Source: Planctomycetota bacterium
GTDB lineage: Bacteria; Planctomycetota; UBA1135; UBA2386
Reading direction: 5' to 3'
Length of the DNA stretch: 64,000 nucleotides
Assembly: GCA_046290465.1 (NCBI GenBank)
Contig: JBKAGP010000001.1
Coordinates: 1,952,001-2,016,000 of the forward strand
Below are positions 1 through 8,313 of this stretch, in pieces. Made by a program: the position numbers and the translations under genes. How positions within the stretch are numbered: the stretch's first letter is position 1; each line of letters begins with the position of its first letter. The notes under the pieces were generated by a model. That model was not told where the DNA came from. It saw only the letters and a program-made list of their open reading frames with translations, and made no database searches.

Positions 1-1540
1 GGATGCGCACGTTGTTGGTCTGGTCGGTGCGGCCGATGCGCGGGGCCGGCTGGGGCTCGGGCACCGGACCGACCGGCGGCCGCATGCGGCCACCGCGCTG
101 GTCGCTGAGCGGACCGGTGCGGCGCGGGTTGAGCGCGGCGCCGTCCAGTTCGATCGTGCGCCGCACGAACGCGTAGTCCGACGACAGCTCGTTCCAGGCG
201 GTGCGCGGCGCGCGGCAGATCAGCACCAGGAACTGCTCGTCGAACGGGATCACGTCGACGGTCGCCTGCTGCACGTTGCGCGAATCGGACGCCTGCATGC
301 GGATCGCGTCGCGGCCGCGCACCTTCACGTGGAAGCGGCTGGCGATCTGCAGCTGTGGGTAGAGCAGCGCGAACCAGTTGCCGACGGCGTCGGCGGCGGT
401 CTCGATCTGCGTGCCGGGCTCGAGGTGGTCCAGCAGCGACAGGCGCACCTCGGCGGCATGCACGTCGCAGGTCAGCGCCAGGTGGCCGGGCGGCAGCGGC
501 TCGACCGCGCGCCAGGCCGGGTTGGGCACCCACAGGCCGAAGCGGCCGTCGGCCTCGGCGACGATCGCGCTCTGGATCGTGCTGACGCCGACCGCGGCGC
601 GCGCGCTCGCGGCGCTGCTCGGCATCGCGACCAGGGCGGGCCCGGCGAGTTCGCGGCGCACGACCTTCTGGTCGGCGTCGACCCACTCGCGGCTGCTGAC
701 GGCGTCGCCGTTGGCGGCCATCACGGCGACCTCGCCGACGCGCTGGCGCACGCCGTCGATCATCACCTGGCGGGCGCCGGTGCCATCGACGCGGCGCACG
801 ACCAGCTCCTCGTGGCGCGGATCGAACATCGACACCGGGCCGATCTTCGAGGCGGCCTGTCGCGCGAGCGTGCGCGCCAGCAGCGGGAACGTCGCCTCGG
901 GCGACCACGGCAGCTGCCGTTCGTGGCGGCCGCGGCCGTCCAGTCGGGAGACCACCAGCAGCTCGCCGTCGGCGTTGGCCTCGATGATGCGCTCGTCCTG
1001 CACGCGGTCGGCGCTGGCCAGCGGGTTGTCGATCGGCAGCTGGCGCTGCAGGCGCGGCTTGCTGACGCGCTCCCGGAAGTAGCAGCGCACGCCGTGGCCG
1101 TTCGGGTCGGCCGTGCACTGGTTGGTGACCTGGTAGCGGCGCACGCCGTTGACGAACTCGTACTCCTCGTTGACCGAGAACGAGCCGTCCTGCTGCGTGG
1201 TGATCGACGTGTGCAGCCAGCCGACCGAGTTGCCGTCGGCGTCGTGCAGCACGAACCACGAGTCGTCCGGGCGCACGACCGCGGCGCGCACCGGCGCGGC
1301 CTTGGCCTTGCGACGGACCTGCTTCACCATCGCGCGGCTGACGCCGATCGTGGCGCCGTCCTCGATCTCGATCTCGACGTAGCCGTCGAGTTCGTTGGTG
1401 ATCTTGCCGACCAGTTCGTCGCCGTTCTTCAGCTCGATCACGTCGAGCTTGACGGCCGGGTCGTCGGGCAGCGGCACCGCAACCGGGGCTTGCGGGTCCT
1501 GGATGAGGCAGGCGAGGAGGGTGGTCAGCAGAGCGTTCAT
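1..1540 (-). CDS. Hypothetical exported protein, 3' end runs off the window
   Basis: ATG at 1540 gives MNALLTTLLACLIQDPQAPVAVPLPDDPAVKLDVIELKNGDELVGKI. The same frame reads ...RIGRTDQTNNVRI at the window edge. Short hydrophobic N-terminus and strong GC3 bias. Absent from the ORF track because there is no stop. Confidence 0.75.
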   Translation of the reverse strand, partial: MNALLTTLLACLIQDPQAPVAVPLPDDPAVKLDVIELKNGDELVGKITNELDGYVEIEIEDGATIGVSRAMVKQVRRKAKAAPVRAAVVRPDDSWFVLHDADGNSVGWLHTSITTQQDGSFSVNEEYEFVNGVRRYQVTNQCTADPNGHGVRCYFRERVSKPRLQRQLPIDNPLASADRVQDERIIEANADGELLVVSRLDGRGRHERQLPWSPEATFPLLARTLARQAASKIGPVSMFDPRHEELVVRRVDGTGARQVMIDGVRQRVGEVAVMAANGDAVSSREWVDADQKVVRRELAGPALVAMPSSAASARAAVGVSTIQSAIVAEADGRFGLWVPNPAWRAVEPLPPGHLALTCDVHAAEVRLSLLDHLEPGTQIETAADAVGNWFALLYPQLQIASRFHVKVRGRDAIRMQASDSRNVQQATVDVIPFDEQFLVLICRAPRTAWNELSSDYAFVRRTIELDGAALNPRRTGPLSDQRGGRMRPPVGPVPEPQPAPRIGRTDQTNNVRI

Positions 1541-1590
1541 GATGGACGGAGGACTCCGCTCCGTTCATCGAACGCCCGATGGCACTGGCT

Positions 1591-3369
1591 TTACCCGTCC
1601 GTCGACGTTTCGGTGTGGGGATCCGCCGCAGCCGATCCGACGACGCCGGAATCCGCGGTCCGGAAGCCGGCATCGACGGCCCGATCGTCCCGCGCCAGCA
1701 TGCGCCAGCCGAACCACGCGCACCCAGAGCCGAGCAGCGCGAACGGCAGCACCAGCAGCAGCCCCGAGACGCCGTAGAGATCGCCCCAGAAGCGCCACCA
1801 AAGGTGCCGGCCGCGCCGGTCGGCCCAGTGGCGCGGTGCCAGCGCCTGCGCCGGAGCCACCGCGGCGACGCCGTAGACCGCCTCGACGGTGTGCGCGCTG
1901 TCGTCGATCGGCTTGCCGTGCTCGTCCTCGAAGCCACCGACGCAGCTGTTCCAGGCGTAGAGCCAGTTGCGGTACAGCGGCGAGTAGCGCCAGTGCCAGC
2001 CACCGACGTCGGCCGGGTCGATCGTCTTGTCGGCCGCCGCCATCTCGCCGGCGGCGATCGCGCGCTGTTCGTGCGCGGCCAGCGCCTGCGACATCAGCTG
2101 GATCTGGCCGCGCACCGGTGCGACCACACTGGTCAGGCTGACCAGGCAGCCGGCGACCACCGCGACCTTCCACGCGCGCGGGAAGCGCCGCCACGGCGCC
2201 GTCTGCGGCAGCACCAGGGCGCACAGCGCGACCACCCCGGGCGTCACGTAGCGGATCGCCCAAGCCTGGCCACCCTGCCAGCCGAGCGCGGTCGAGAAGA
2301 TCGCGACGGGCGTCAGGAACAGCACCCAAGCCAGCCAGCGCAGCTGCACGCGCTGGCGCCACGATGCGGCCATCGGCAGCGCCAGCCACAGCAGCGGCGA
2401 GCACCACATCAGGCCGCGGCCGGCGCCGAACAGGATCTTGCCGAGCCCGGCCAGCGGATCGGCCTGGAACCACTCGCCGATCGCGGGATAGCCGGTCTCG
2501 AACGGGTCGCCGAAGCGGAAGAAGTTGGTGCCGAGGAACAGCAGCAGCAGCGGTGCACCGCCGAGCACGAACGCCACCAGGTCGCGCCAGCAGCCGCGCC
2601 GCCGGCACGCCAACGCGACGATCGCCGCGAACACGACCACCGACAGCGCCGTCTGGTAGCGCAGCAGGACCGCGCAGCCCGACATCACGCCGGCCCACGT
2701 AGCGGTGGCGCGCGTGCCGGTGCCGCGGTGGATCCGCACCACCGGCAGCAGCGCCGCCAGCAGCAGCATCAGCCCGGGCCCGTCCGACAGCTGCTCGCGC
2801 CCGACCGAGAACGCCTGCGTCGCGAGCCCGATCGCGAGCGTCGACCAGACCGCGTCGCGGCCGCCGGCGCCGAGTTCGCGCGCGATCCGGTAGAGCAGCA
2901 GCAGCGACGTCGCGATGCACAGGGTCGGCACCAGCATCGACATCAGGCCCTGGGTGGCGACCGGCGTGCTCTCGACGAACGTGCGCATCGGCGTCCGCTG
3001 CTGCAGCCGCTGGTCCGCGTCGGGCAGCCAGTCCCCGACCGCGTCGCCGAGCGGCACCACCGGGGTCAGCAGGTAGACGTGGCCCATCGGGAACCACACG
3101 TAGGCCAGCCCGTCGACGCCGATCTTGCCGCACCGGCGCGTGCCGGCACGTTCGTTGGCCTTGATGTAGGCAGCGCCGCCCTGCTCGCCGAGGTTCGCCC
3201 CGCCTTCCTGCCGCGTCAGCAGCGCGCTGTCGCCGCGGTGCCACAGCGAACGCGCCGCGTGCATCGTGAAGCCGGCGTCGGTGGTCTCGAACGAGCCGTG
3301 CGCGACGCACACGAACAGCAGGAACGTGCCGAGCCAGGCGAGCACTCTGCCCGTCGTCGCGCCGTTCAC
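1591..3369 (-). CDS. Polytopic membrane protein, probable GT-C fold glycosyltransferase (ArnT/PMT-like)
   Basis: GTG start overlaps the upstream stop. Many TM segments; acidic first loop (GSFETTDA); EQLSD motif; NFFRFGDPFETGY; late GWQGGQAWAIRY motif. Confidence 0.6.
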   Translation of the reverse strand: MNGATTGRVLAWLGTFLLFVCVAHGSFETTDAGFTMHAARSLWHRGDSALLTRQEGGANLGEQGGAAYIKANERAGTRRCGKIGVDGLAYVWFPMGHVYLLTPVVPLGDAVGDWLPDADQRLQQRTPMRTFVESTPVATQGLMSMLVPTLCIATSLLLLYRIARELGAGGRDAVWSTLAIGLATQAFSVGREQLSDGPGLMLLLAALLPVVRIHRGTGTRATATWAGVMSGCAVLLRYQTALSVVVFAAIVALACRRRGCWRDLVAFVLGGAPLLLLFLGTNFFRFGDPFETGYPAIGEWFQADPLAGLGKILFGAGRGLMWCSPLLWLALPMAASWRQRVQLRWLAWVLFLTPVAIFSTALGWQGGQAWAIRYVTPGVVALCALVLPQTAPWRRFPRAWKVAVVAGCLVSLTSVVAPVRGQIQLMSQALAAHEQRAIAAGEMAAADKTIDPADVGGWHWRYSPLYRNWLYAWNSCVGGFEDEHGKPIDDSAHTVEAVYGVAAVAPAQALAPRHWADRRGRHLWWRFWGDLYGVSGLLLVLPFALLGSGCAWFGWRMLARDDRAVDAGFRTADSGVVGSAAADPHTETSTDG

Positions 3370-4973
3370 TTGCCGCCTCCGCTGGTCAAAACGCTGGTGT
3401 CCACGCCGCACAGGGGCAGCGCCCAGAACCATAGCACCGGCAGCAGGATCATGGCGGACAGCAGGTTGAGGCCGATGCCGGCGCGAGCCATCTGGCCGAA
3501 GCGGATCTGCCGCGACGCGAACACGATGGTGTTCGGCGGCGTCGAGATCGGCAGCATGAAGCTGCACGAAGCGCCGATGACAACGGGCAGCATCAGCACC
3601 AGCGGATCGATGCCGGACGCAATCGCGCCCTCGCGCACGATCGGCAGCGACAGCGTGGCGACCGCGGTGTTGCTGGCGACCTCGGACAGGAACGAGACGG
3701 CCAGGATGATGCACAGCATCAGCAGCACCGGGTGCATCGAGCCGATCAGCGGCCGCAGCAGCTCGCCGAAGGCCGCCGACAGGCCGGTCGGCCCGAACGC
3801 CTGCGCCATCGCGATGCCGCCGCCGAGCAGCAGCAGCAGGTCGAACGGCATCTGGCGCGCGGTCTGCCAGTCGCACAGCCGGCGCGGTTCGCCGCCGCCC
3901 GACGGGATCACGAACGCCAGGATCGCGACCAGCACCGCGACCGAACCGTCGGCCAGGAAGCGGTCGCGTTCGCCGGCCGGCACCAGGTAGTGGGCCCAGC
4001 CGTGCAGCACGCCGCCGTCGCCGAGCGGCAGATCGCCGCGCGTCATCCACAGCAGCACCGCGACGCCGAACAGCGCCGCGGTGCGCTTCTCGCCCGCACT
4101 CCAGCGCGGCTGGCTACGCGCCTCGTGCAGCAGTTCGTCGCCGCGCTGCAGACGGCGGCCCGGCATCGGCAGCGCGAACCGGGCGATCACCTGGCTGGCG
4201 CCGAACGACAGGATCAGCGAGAACGGCGCGAACGCCAGCAGCCACAGCAAGAACGACACCGGCCGCGCGCCGGCGTCGACCAGCGGTTCGTAGTTGGTGA
4301 AGAACAGCGCGTTCGGGGCGGTGCCGATCGGTGAGCCCATGCCGCCGATGGTCGCGCCGAACGCGATCGCGCACATGACCGCGGCGCCGAAGTTGGACTG
4401 GGCCCGGGCGTCGAGTTCGCCGAGGTCGGCGGTGCGCCGGACCAGCACCGTGCCGATCGGCAGCAGCAGCAGCGCGACCGCGGTGTTGCTGATCCACATC
4501 GACGCGCAGGTCGCCGCCAGCGCGAAGCCGAGCACCAGCCGGCGCGGATACGGCCCGAGCCTGCCGACGATGTTGAGCGCCATGCGACGGTGCAGGCCGC
4601 AGCGTTCGACCGCCTGCGCCAGCACGAAGCCGCCGCCGAACAGCCATAGGATCGGGTGGCCGTAGCCGCCGGTCAGCGAGGCCGTCGAACGCACGCCGAG
4701 GATCGGCAGCAGCGCCAGCGGCAGCAGCGACGCCGCCGCGATCGGCATCGCCGCGAGCAGCCACGACGAGGTGGTCAGGCCGACGACGAACAACAGCCGG
4801 CACGCGGCCGGGCCGTATTCGAGCTGGCCCGGCGGCAGCGGGCGCGGTTGCTCCGGGAACGGCAGATAGTGGCCGAGCCACCAGCAGCACAGGCCGATCC
4901 CCACCGCCAGCAGGATGCGCCAGCCGTGCACCTGGTCGCTGGGGTCCACGGCGGCGGGCTGCTCGGTCGACAC
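3366..4973 (-). CDS. SLC13/DASS family anion:sodium symporter
   Basis: SMWISNTA, GSPIGTAPN, SEVASNTA and FMLPISTPPNTIVF motifs; many TM helices. Confidence 0.92.
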   Translation of the reverse strand: MSTEQPAAVDPSDQVHGWRILLAVGIGLCCWWLGHYLPFPEQPRPLPPGQLEYGPAACRLLFVVGLTTSSWLLAAMPIAAASLLPLALLPILGVRSTASLTGGYGHPILWLFGGGFVLAQAVERCGLHRRMALNIVGRLGPYPRRLVLGFALAATCASMWISNTAVALLLLPIGTVLVRRTADLGELDARAQSNFGAAVMCAIAFGATIGGMGSPIGTAPNALFFTNYEPLVDAGARPVSFLLWLLAFAPFSLILSFGASQVIARFALPMPGRRLQRGDELLHEARSQPRWSAGEKRTAALFGVAVLLWMTRGDLPLGDGGVLHGWAHYLVPAGERDRFLADGSVAVLVAILAFVIPSGGGEPRRLCDWQTARQMPFDLLLLLGGGIAMAQAFGPTGLSAAFGELLRPLIGSMHPVLLMLCIILAVSFLSEVASNTAVATLSLPIVREGAIASGIDPLVLMLPVVIGASCSFMLPISTPPNTIVFASRQIRFGQMARAGIGLNLLSAMILLPVLWFWALPLCGVDTSVLTSGGGK

Positions 4974-4983
4974 GGCGGGCTCC

Positions 4984-5304
4984 TCAGGGCTGCACGGACT
5001 CGGCGATCCAGGACAGGTACGCCGGCAGGCCGGCGGCGACGTCGAGCGCGATCACCTCGGGCACGTCGTACGGGTGCAGCTCGGCGAGCCGGTCGCGCAG
5101 CGCCTCGAAGCCGCCGGCGGTGGTCTTGACGACCAGCAGTTGCTCGTCGGCGACGTCGGTCCGCCCCTGCCAGCGGAAGAACGAACGCACCTGCGGCAGC
5201 ACGTTGACGCACGCGCACAGCCGTTCGTCGACGACGGCGCGAGCGAGCCGTTCGGCGTGCTCGGCGGGCGCCGTGCACAGCGCGACCACGCAGTCGGACG
5301 CCAT
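4984..5304 (-). CDS. cutA: Divalent cation tolerance protein CutA
   Basis: MASDCVVALCTAP...LCACVN...SFFRWQG...VKT...HPYDVPEVI; 106 aa. Confidence 0.93.
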   Translation of the reverse strand: MASDCVVALCTAPAEHAERLARAVVDERLCACVNVLPQVRSFFRWQGRTDVADEQLLVVKTTAGGFEALRDRLAELHPYDVPEVIALDVAAGLPAYLSWIAESVQP

Positions 5305-5306
5305 CG

Positions 5307-6056
5307 CTACTTGCCCCGCGCCAGGCGCTCGGCCAGCGCCGGGTGCAGGCCGGCGGCGAGGATCTTGGCCTGGGTGCGGCGGAAGTCGTACGGCACCCGC
5401 TCGATCTGCACGCGATCGCCGCGCACCACCGCGAAGCTGGCGCGCGGGTCGCCGTCGCGCGGCTGGCCGACGCTGCCGACGTTGACGATGCACGGGCCGT
5501 CGATGACGAACTCGCGCTCGTCGTCGGTCGCCTGCGAGAACCGGTAGTCGGGGCGGTGCACGCCCGGCCAGTGCGTGTGGCCGACGAAGCACGGTCCGTC
5601 GACGTGCGCGAACAGCTGCTGCATCTTCTCCGGTTCGAGGAAGCCGTCGCTCTTCAGCACGTACTCCATCACCGGGTCGCGCGGCGAACCGTGGTAGAAC
5701 TTGAAGCCGAAGTCCTCCATGCGGTCGGGCAGCCCCTTGAGGAAGTCGTGCGCCTGGCGGCGGCGCGGACGCAGCCACGACGGCTTCAGCTGCTGGCGCG
5801 TGTACATCAGGGCCTCGCGCGCCAGCGGGTTGAAGTCGTCCATGTTGTGGAACATGCCCCAGTCGTGGTTGCCCTGGATGGTCCACTTGCACCGCTTCAT
5901 GACGAGCATCGTCACCGGCAGGGGGTCGGCTCCGTAGCCGACGATGTCGCCGAGGCAGACCACGTCCTGCACGCCGAGTTCGTCGATGCGGGCGAACACC
6001 GCGTCGAGCGCTTCGATGTTGCTGTGCAGGTCCGAGATGATCGCGAAGGTCGCCAC
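5307..6056 (-). CDS. Metallophosphoesterase (calcineurin-like)
   Basis: SDLHSN, LGDIVGY, GNHD, HGSP, GHTH and NVGSVGQPRD motifs. Confidence 0.92.
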   Translation of the reverse strand: MATFAIISDLHSNIEALDAVFARIDELGVQDVVCLGDIVGYGADPLPVTMLVMKRCKWTIQGNHDWGMFHNMDDFNPLAREALMYTRQQLKPSWLRPRRRQAHDFLKGLPDRMEDFGFKFYHGSPRDPVMEYVLKSDGFLEPEKMQQLFAHVDGPCFVGHTHWPGVHRPDYRFSQATDDEREFVIDGPCIVNVGSVGQPRDGDPRASFAVVRGDRVQIERVPYDFRRTQAKILAAGLHPALAERLARGK

Positions 6057-6077
6057 GATGGATACGCTTGGTGGTGC

Positions 6078-7079
6078 CTAGTGGCCGTTCTGCGGACTTG
6101 TGCCGGCCTGCTGACGCAAAAGGGCCTCCTGGATCGCCGACTCCAGCGCCTGCTCGGCCTCGTCGAGGCCCATCAGCATGGTAGCGCCGGCGGCCTTCTT
6201 GTGGCCACCGCCGCCGAACCGGCTGACGATCGCCTGCACGTCGACGTCGCCGCGCGCCCGCAGCGAACACTTGACGGTGCCGTCGAAGCGCTCCTTGAGC
6301 AGCGCCACGACCTCGACGCCGTCGATCGAACGCAGCGGTTCGAGCACGGCGTCGGTGTCGAAGTCGGCCTTCGAGCAGCGCTCGATCAGCGACTTGTCGA
6401 GGCTGATCATCACCAGCTGGTCGTTGCACAGCAGGCGGTGGCGGCGCAGCGCGTCGGCCAGCACCTGCGGCGAGTCGGCGTGGTTGCGACGATGGATCGT
6501 GTCGTAGATGCGCGACGGCTCGACGCCCATCGAGACCAGTTCGCTGGCCATCGCGAACACCTCGGCGTCGGCGTTGGAGTAGCGGAACCAGCCGGTGTCG
6601 GAGACCAACGACAAGAACACGCCCTCGCCGGCCTCGCGGCTCAGCTCGACGTCCATCTCGCGGAACAGGCGCCGCACCAGGGCGCCGGTCGCGGCCGCCG
6701 TCGCGTCGACGTAGCAGACGCTGCCGTCGCCGTGCTCGCTGCCGACGTGGTGGTCGATGACCGCGATCGGCTTGCCGCTCTCACCGAGGCGCTTGCCGAG
6801 CGACCCGACCCGCGACAGCTGCGAGCAGTCGAGCAGGATCGCGACGTCGAACTCCGGCAGCGGGTCGCCGTTGCGGTGGTTGTGGAACTCGGTGTGCTCG
6901 GCCAGCCAGTCGAAGTTCTTCGACAGCGGGTCCGGATTGACGATGTGGGCCGTCTTGCCCATCGCGCGCAGCAGGTGCGACAGCGCGGTCTGCGCGCCGA
7001 CACAGTCGCCGTCGGGGTTCTCGTGACCGGTGAGCAGGAAGGTCTGGTGCGAGCGCAGGAGGTCGGGGAGCGTGGTCAC
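6078..7079 (-). CDS. nrnA: DHH/DHHA1 phosphoesterase (bifunctional oligoribonuclease/PAP phosphatase, NrnA-like)
   Basis: HENPDGD, IDHH, SDTGWF and GGGGHKKAAG motifs; GTG start chosen at 7079. Confidence 0.85.
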   Translation of the reverse strand: MTTLPDLLRSHQTFLLTGHENPDGDCVGAQTALSHLLRAMGKTAHIVNPDPLSKNFDWLAEHTEFHNHRNGDPLPEFDVAILLDCSQLSRVGSLGKRLGESGKPIAVIDHHVGSEHGDGSVCYVDATAAATGALVRRLFREMDVELSREAGEGVFLSLVSDTGWFRYSNADAEVFAMASELVSMGVEPSRIYDTIHRRNHADSPQVLADALRRHRLLCNDQLVMISLDKSLIERCSKADFDTDAVLEPLRSIDGVEVVALLKERFDGTVKCSLRARGDVDVQAIVSRFGGGGHKKAAGATMLMGLDEAEQALESAIQEALLRQQAGTSPQNGH

Positions 7080-7113
7080 GTAGGGACCAATGTAGGCACT
7101 GCGAAGGCCCGGC

Positions 7114-8313
7114 TCAACGTTCGCGGGGGATGCGCTGGCTGGCGCCGCCCAGAACCACCCGGCGAACGCGCGCCTCGTCGTGCACGAACGCGGCCAGCGT
7201 GGCCTGCCAGTCCCCCGCCGCGTCGACCGCGACGAGGTCGGCGCGACGGCCGCGCCGCAGCGCCCCGCACGCCACGCCGACGGCCCGCCCACCGTGCTCG
7301 GTGGCCATGCGCAGCAGCTGCGACGGCGACAGCGTCGGCCACAGCTCCGCCGCAAGGCGTAGCTCGCCGCGCAAGGTCATCGCGGTGTTGCTGGCGCGCG
7401 AGTCGGTGCCGAGCGCGACCGGCACGCCGCGTCGCAGCCAGCCGGGCACGTCGGGGGGCGTGCGGTCGAACCAGCGGATCGTGCCGGGACAGACCGCGAT
7501 CGACGCCCCGCTCGCGGCGATGCGCGCGACGTCGCCGCGCTCGAGTTCCTGGCAGTGCACCAGCTGCGTGGTCGGGCGCAGCAGCCCGAGCCGTTCGAGG
7601 TGGCGCACCGCGCCGCAGCCCGGCGGCCGGAAGTCGTCGGGCAGCCGACCGAGCGCCGCCAGCAGCTCCGCGAACGGCCCGTCGCCGTCGCGCAGGAACT
7701 GCTGCTCTTCGGGCAGCTCGGCGCAGTGGATCGCGAGGTGGCGACTGCGCCTGGCGGCGGCGCGGAACAGGTCGGCCGAGACCGAATACGGCGCGTGCGG
7801 CGACAGGCCGGGAGCCATCGGGCCGGCCTCGTCCGGCCATAGCGCGCGCGCGTGCGCGGTGGCGTCGCGGCCGCGCAGGTGGAAGCCGGTCAGCTCGCGG
7901 TAGAGCCGGCCGGCCAGCGGCACGCGCCGCAGCGCGGCCGACGTCAGGCCGGTCGAGTCGATCTCGCCGACCGCGGTCACGCCGCCGTGCAGCAGTTCGC
8001 GCAGGTGGCGCACCGCCTGCTCGCGCAGGTCGCGTTCGGTGCAGGCACCGCGCGCCGCCATCACCTCGCGCACCCACGGCAGGAACCGTCGCTCGGTCCG
8101 CGGCAGCGCCCCGAGTTGCAGGTGGGCATGGGCGTTGACCAGCCCCGGGAGCACGGCGACGTCCTCGACCCTGCGGGTCTCGCCGGCGCGCAGGCGCCGC
8201 AGCGAGACGATGCGGCCCCCGGCGTCCCAACGGACCAGGCCCGGGGCCAGCACGCGCTCGGCGTCGAGCGCGACGAAGCGCGCGGCGAGTTCGCCGCGCT
8301 CGGTCCGGATCAC
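7114..8313 (-). CDS. Amidohydrolase family deaminase (aminodeoxyfutalosine/SAH deaminase-like)
   Basis: PGLVNAHAHL, SPHAPYS, IHCAE, LVHC and ALGTDS motifs; GTG start overlaps the upstream stop. Confidence 0.85.
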   Translation of the reverse strand: MIRTERGELAARFVALDAERVLAPGLVRWDAGGRIVSLRRLRAGETRRVEDVAVLPGLVNAHAHLQLGALPRTERRFLPWVREVMAARGACTERDLREQAVRHLRELLHGGVTAVGEIDSTGLTSAALRRVPLAGRLYRELTGFHLRGRDATAHARALWPDEAGPMAPGLSPHAPYSVSADLFRAAARRSRHLAIHCAELPEEQQFLRDGDGPFAELLAALGRLPDDFRPPGCGAVRHLERLGLLRPTTQLVHCQELERGDVARIAASGASIAVCPGTIRWFDRTPPDVPGWLRRGVPVALGTDSRASNTAMTLRGELRLAAELWPTLSPSQLLRMATEHGGRAVGVACGALRRGRRADLVAVDAAGDWQATLAAFVHDEARVRRVVLGGASQRIPRER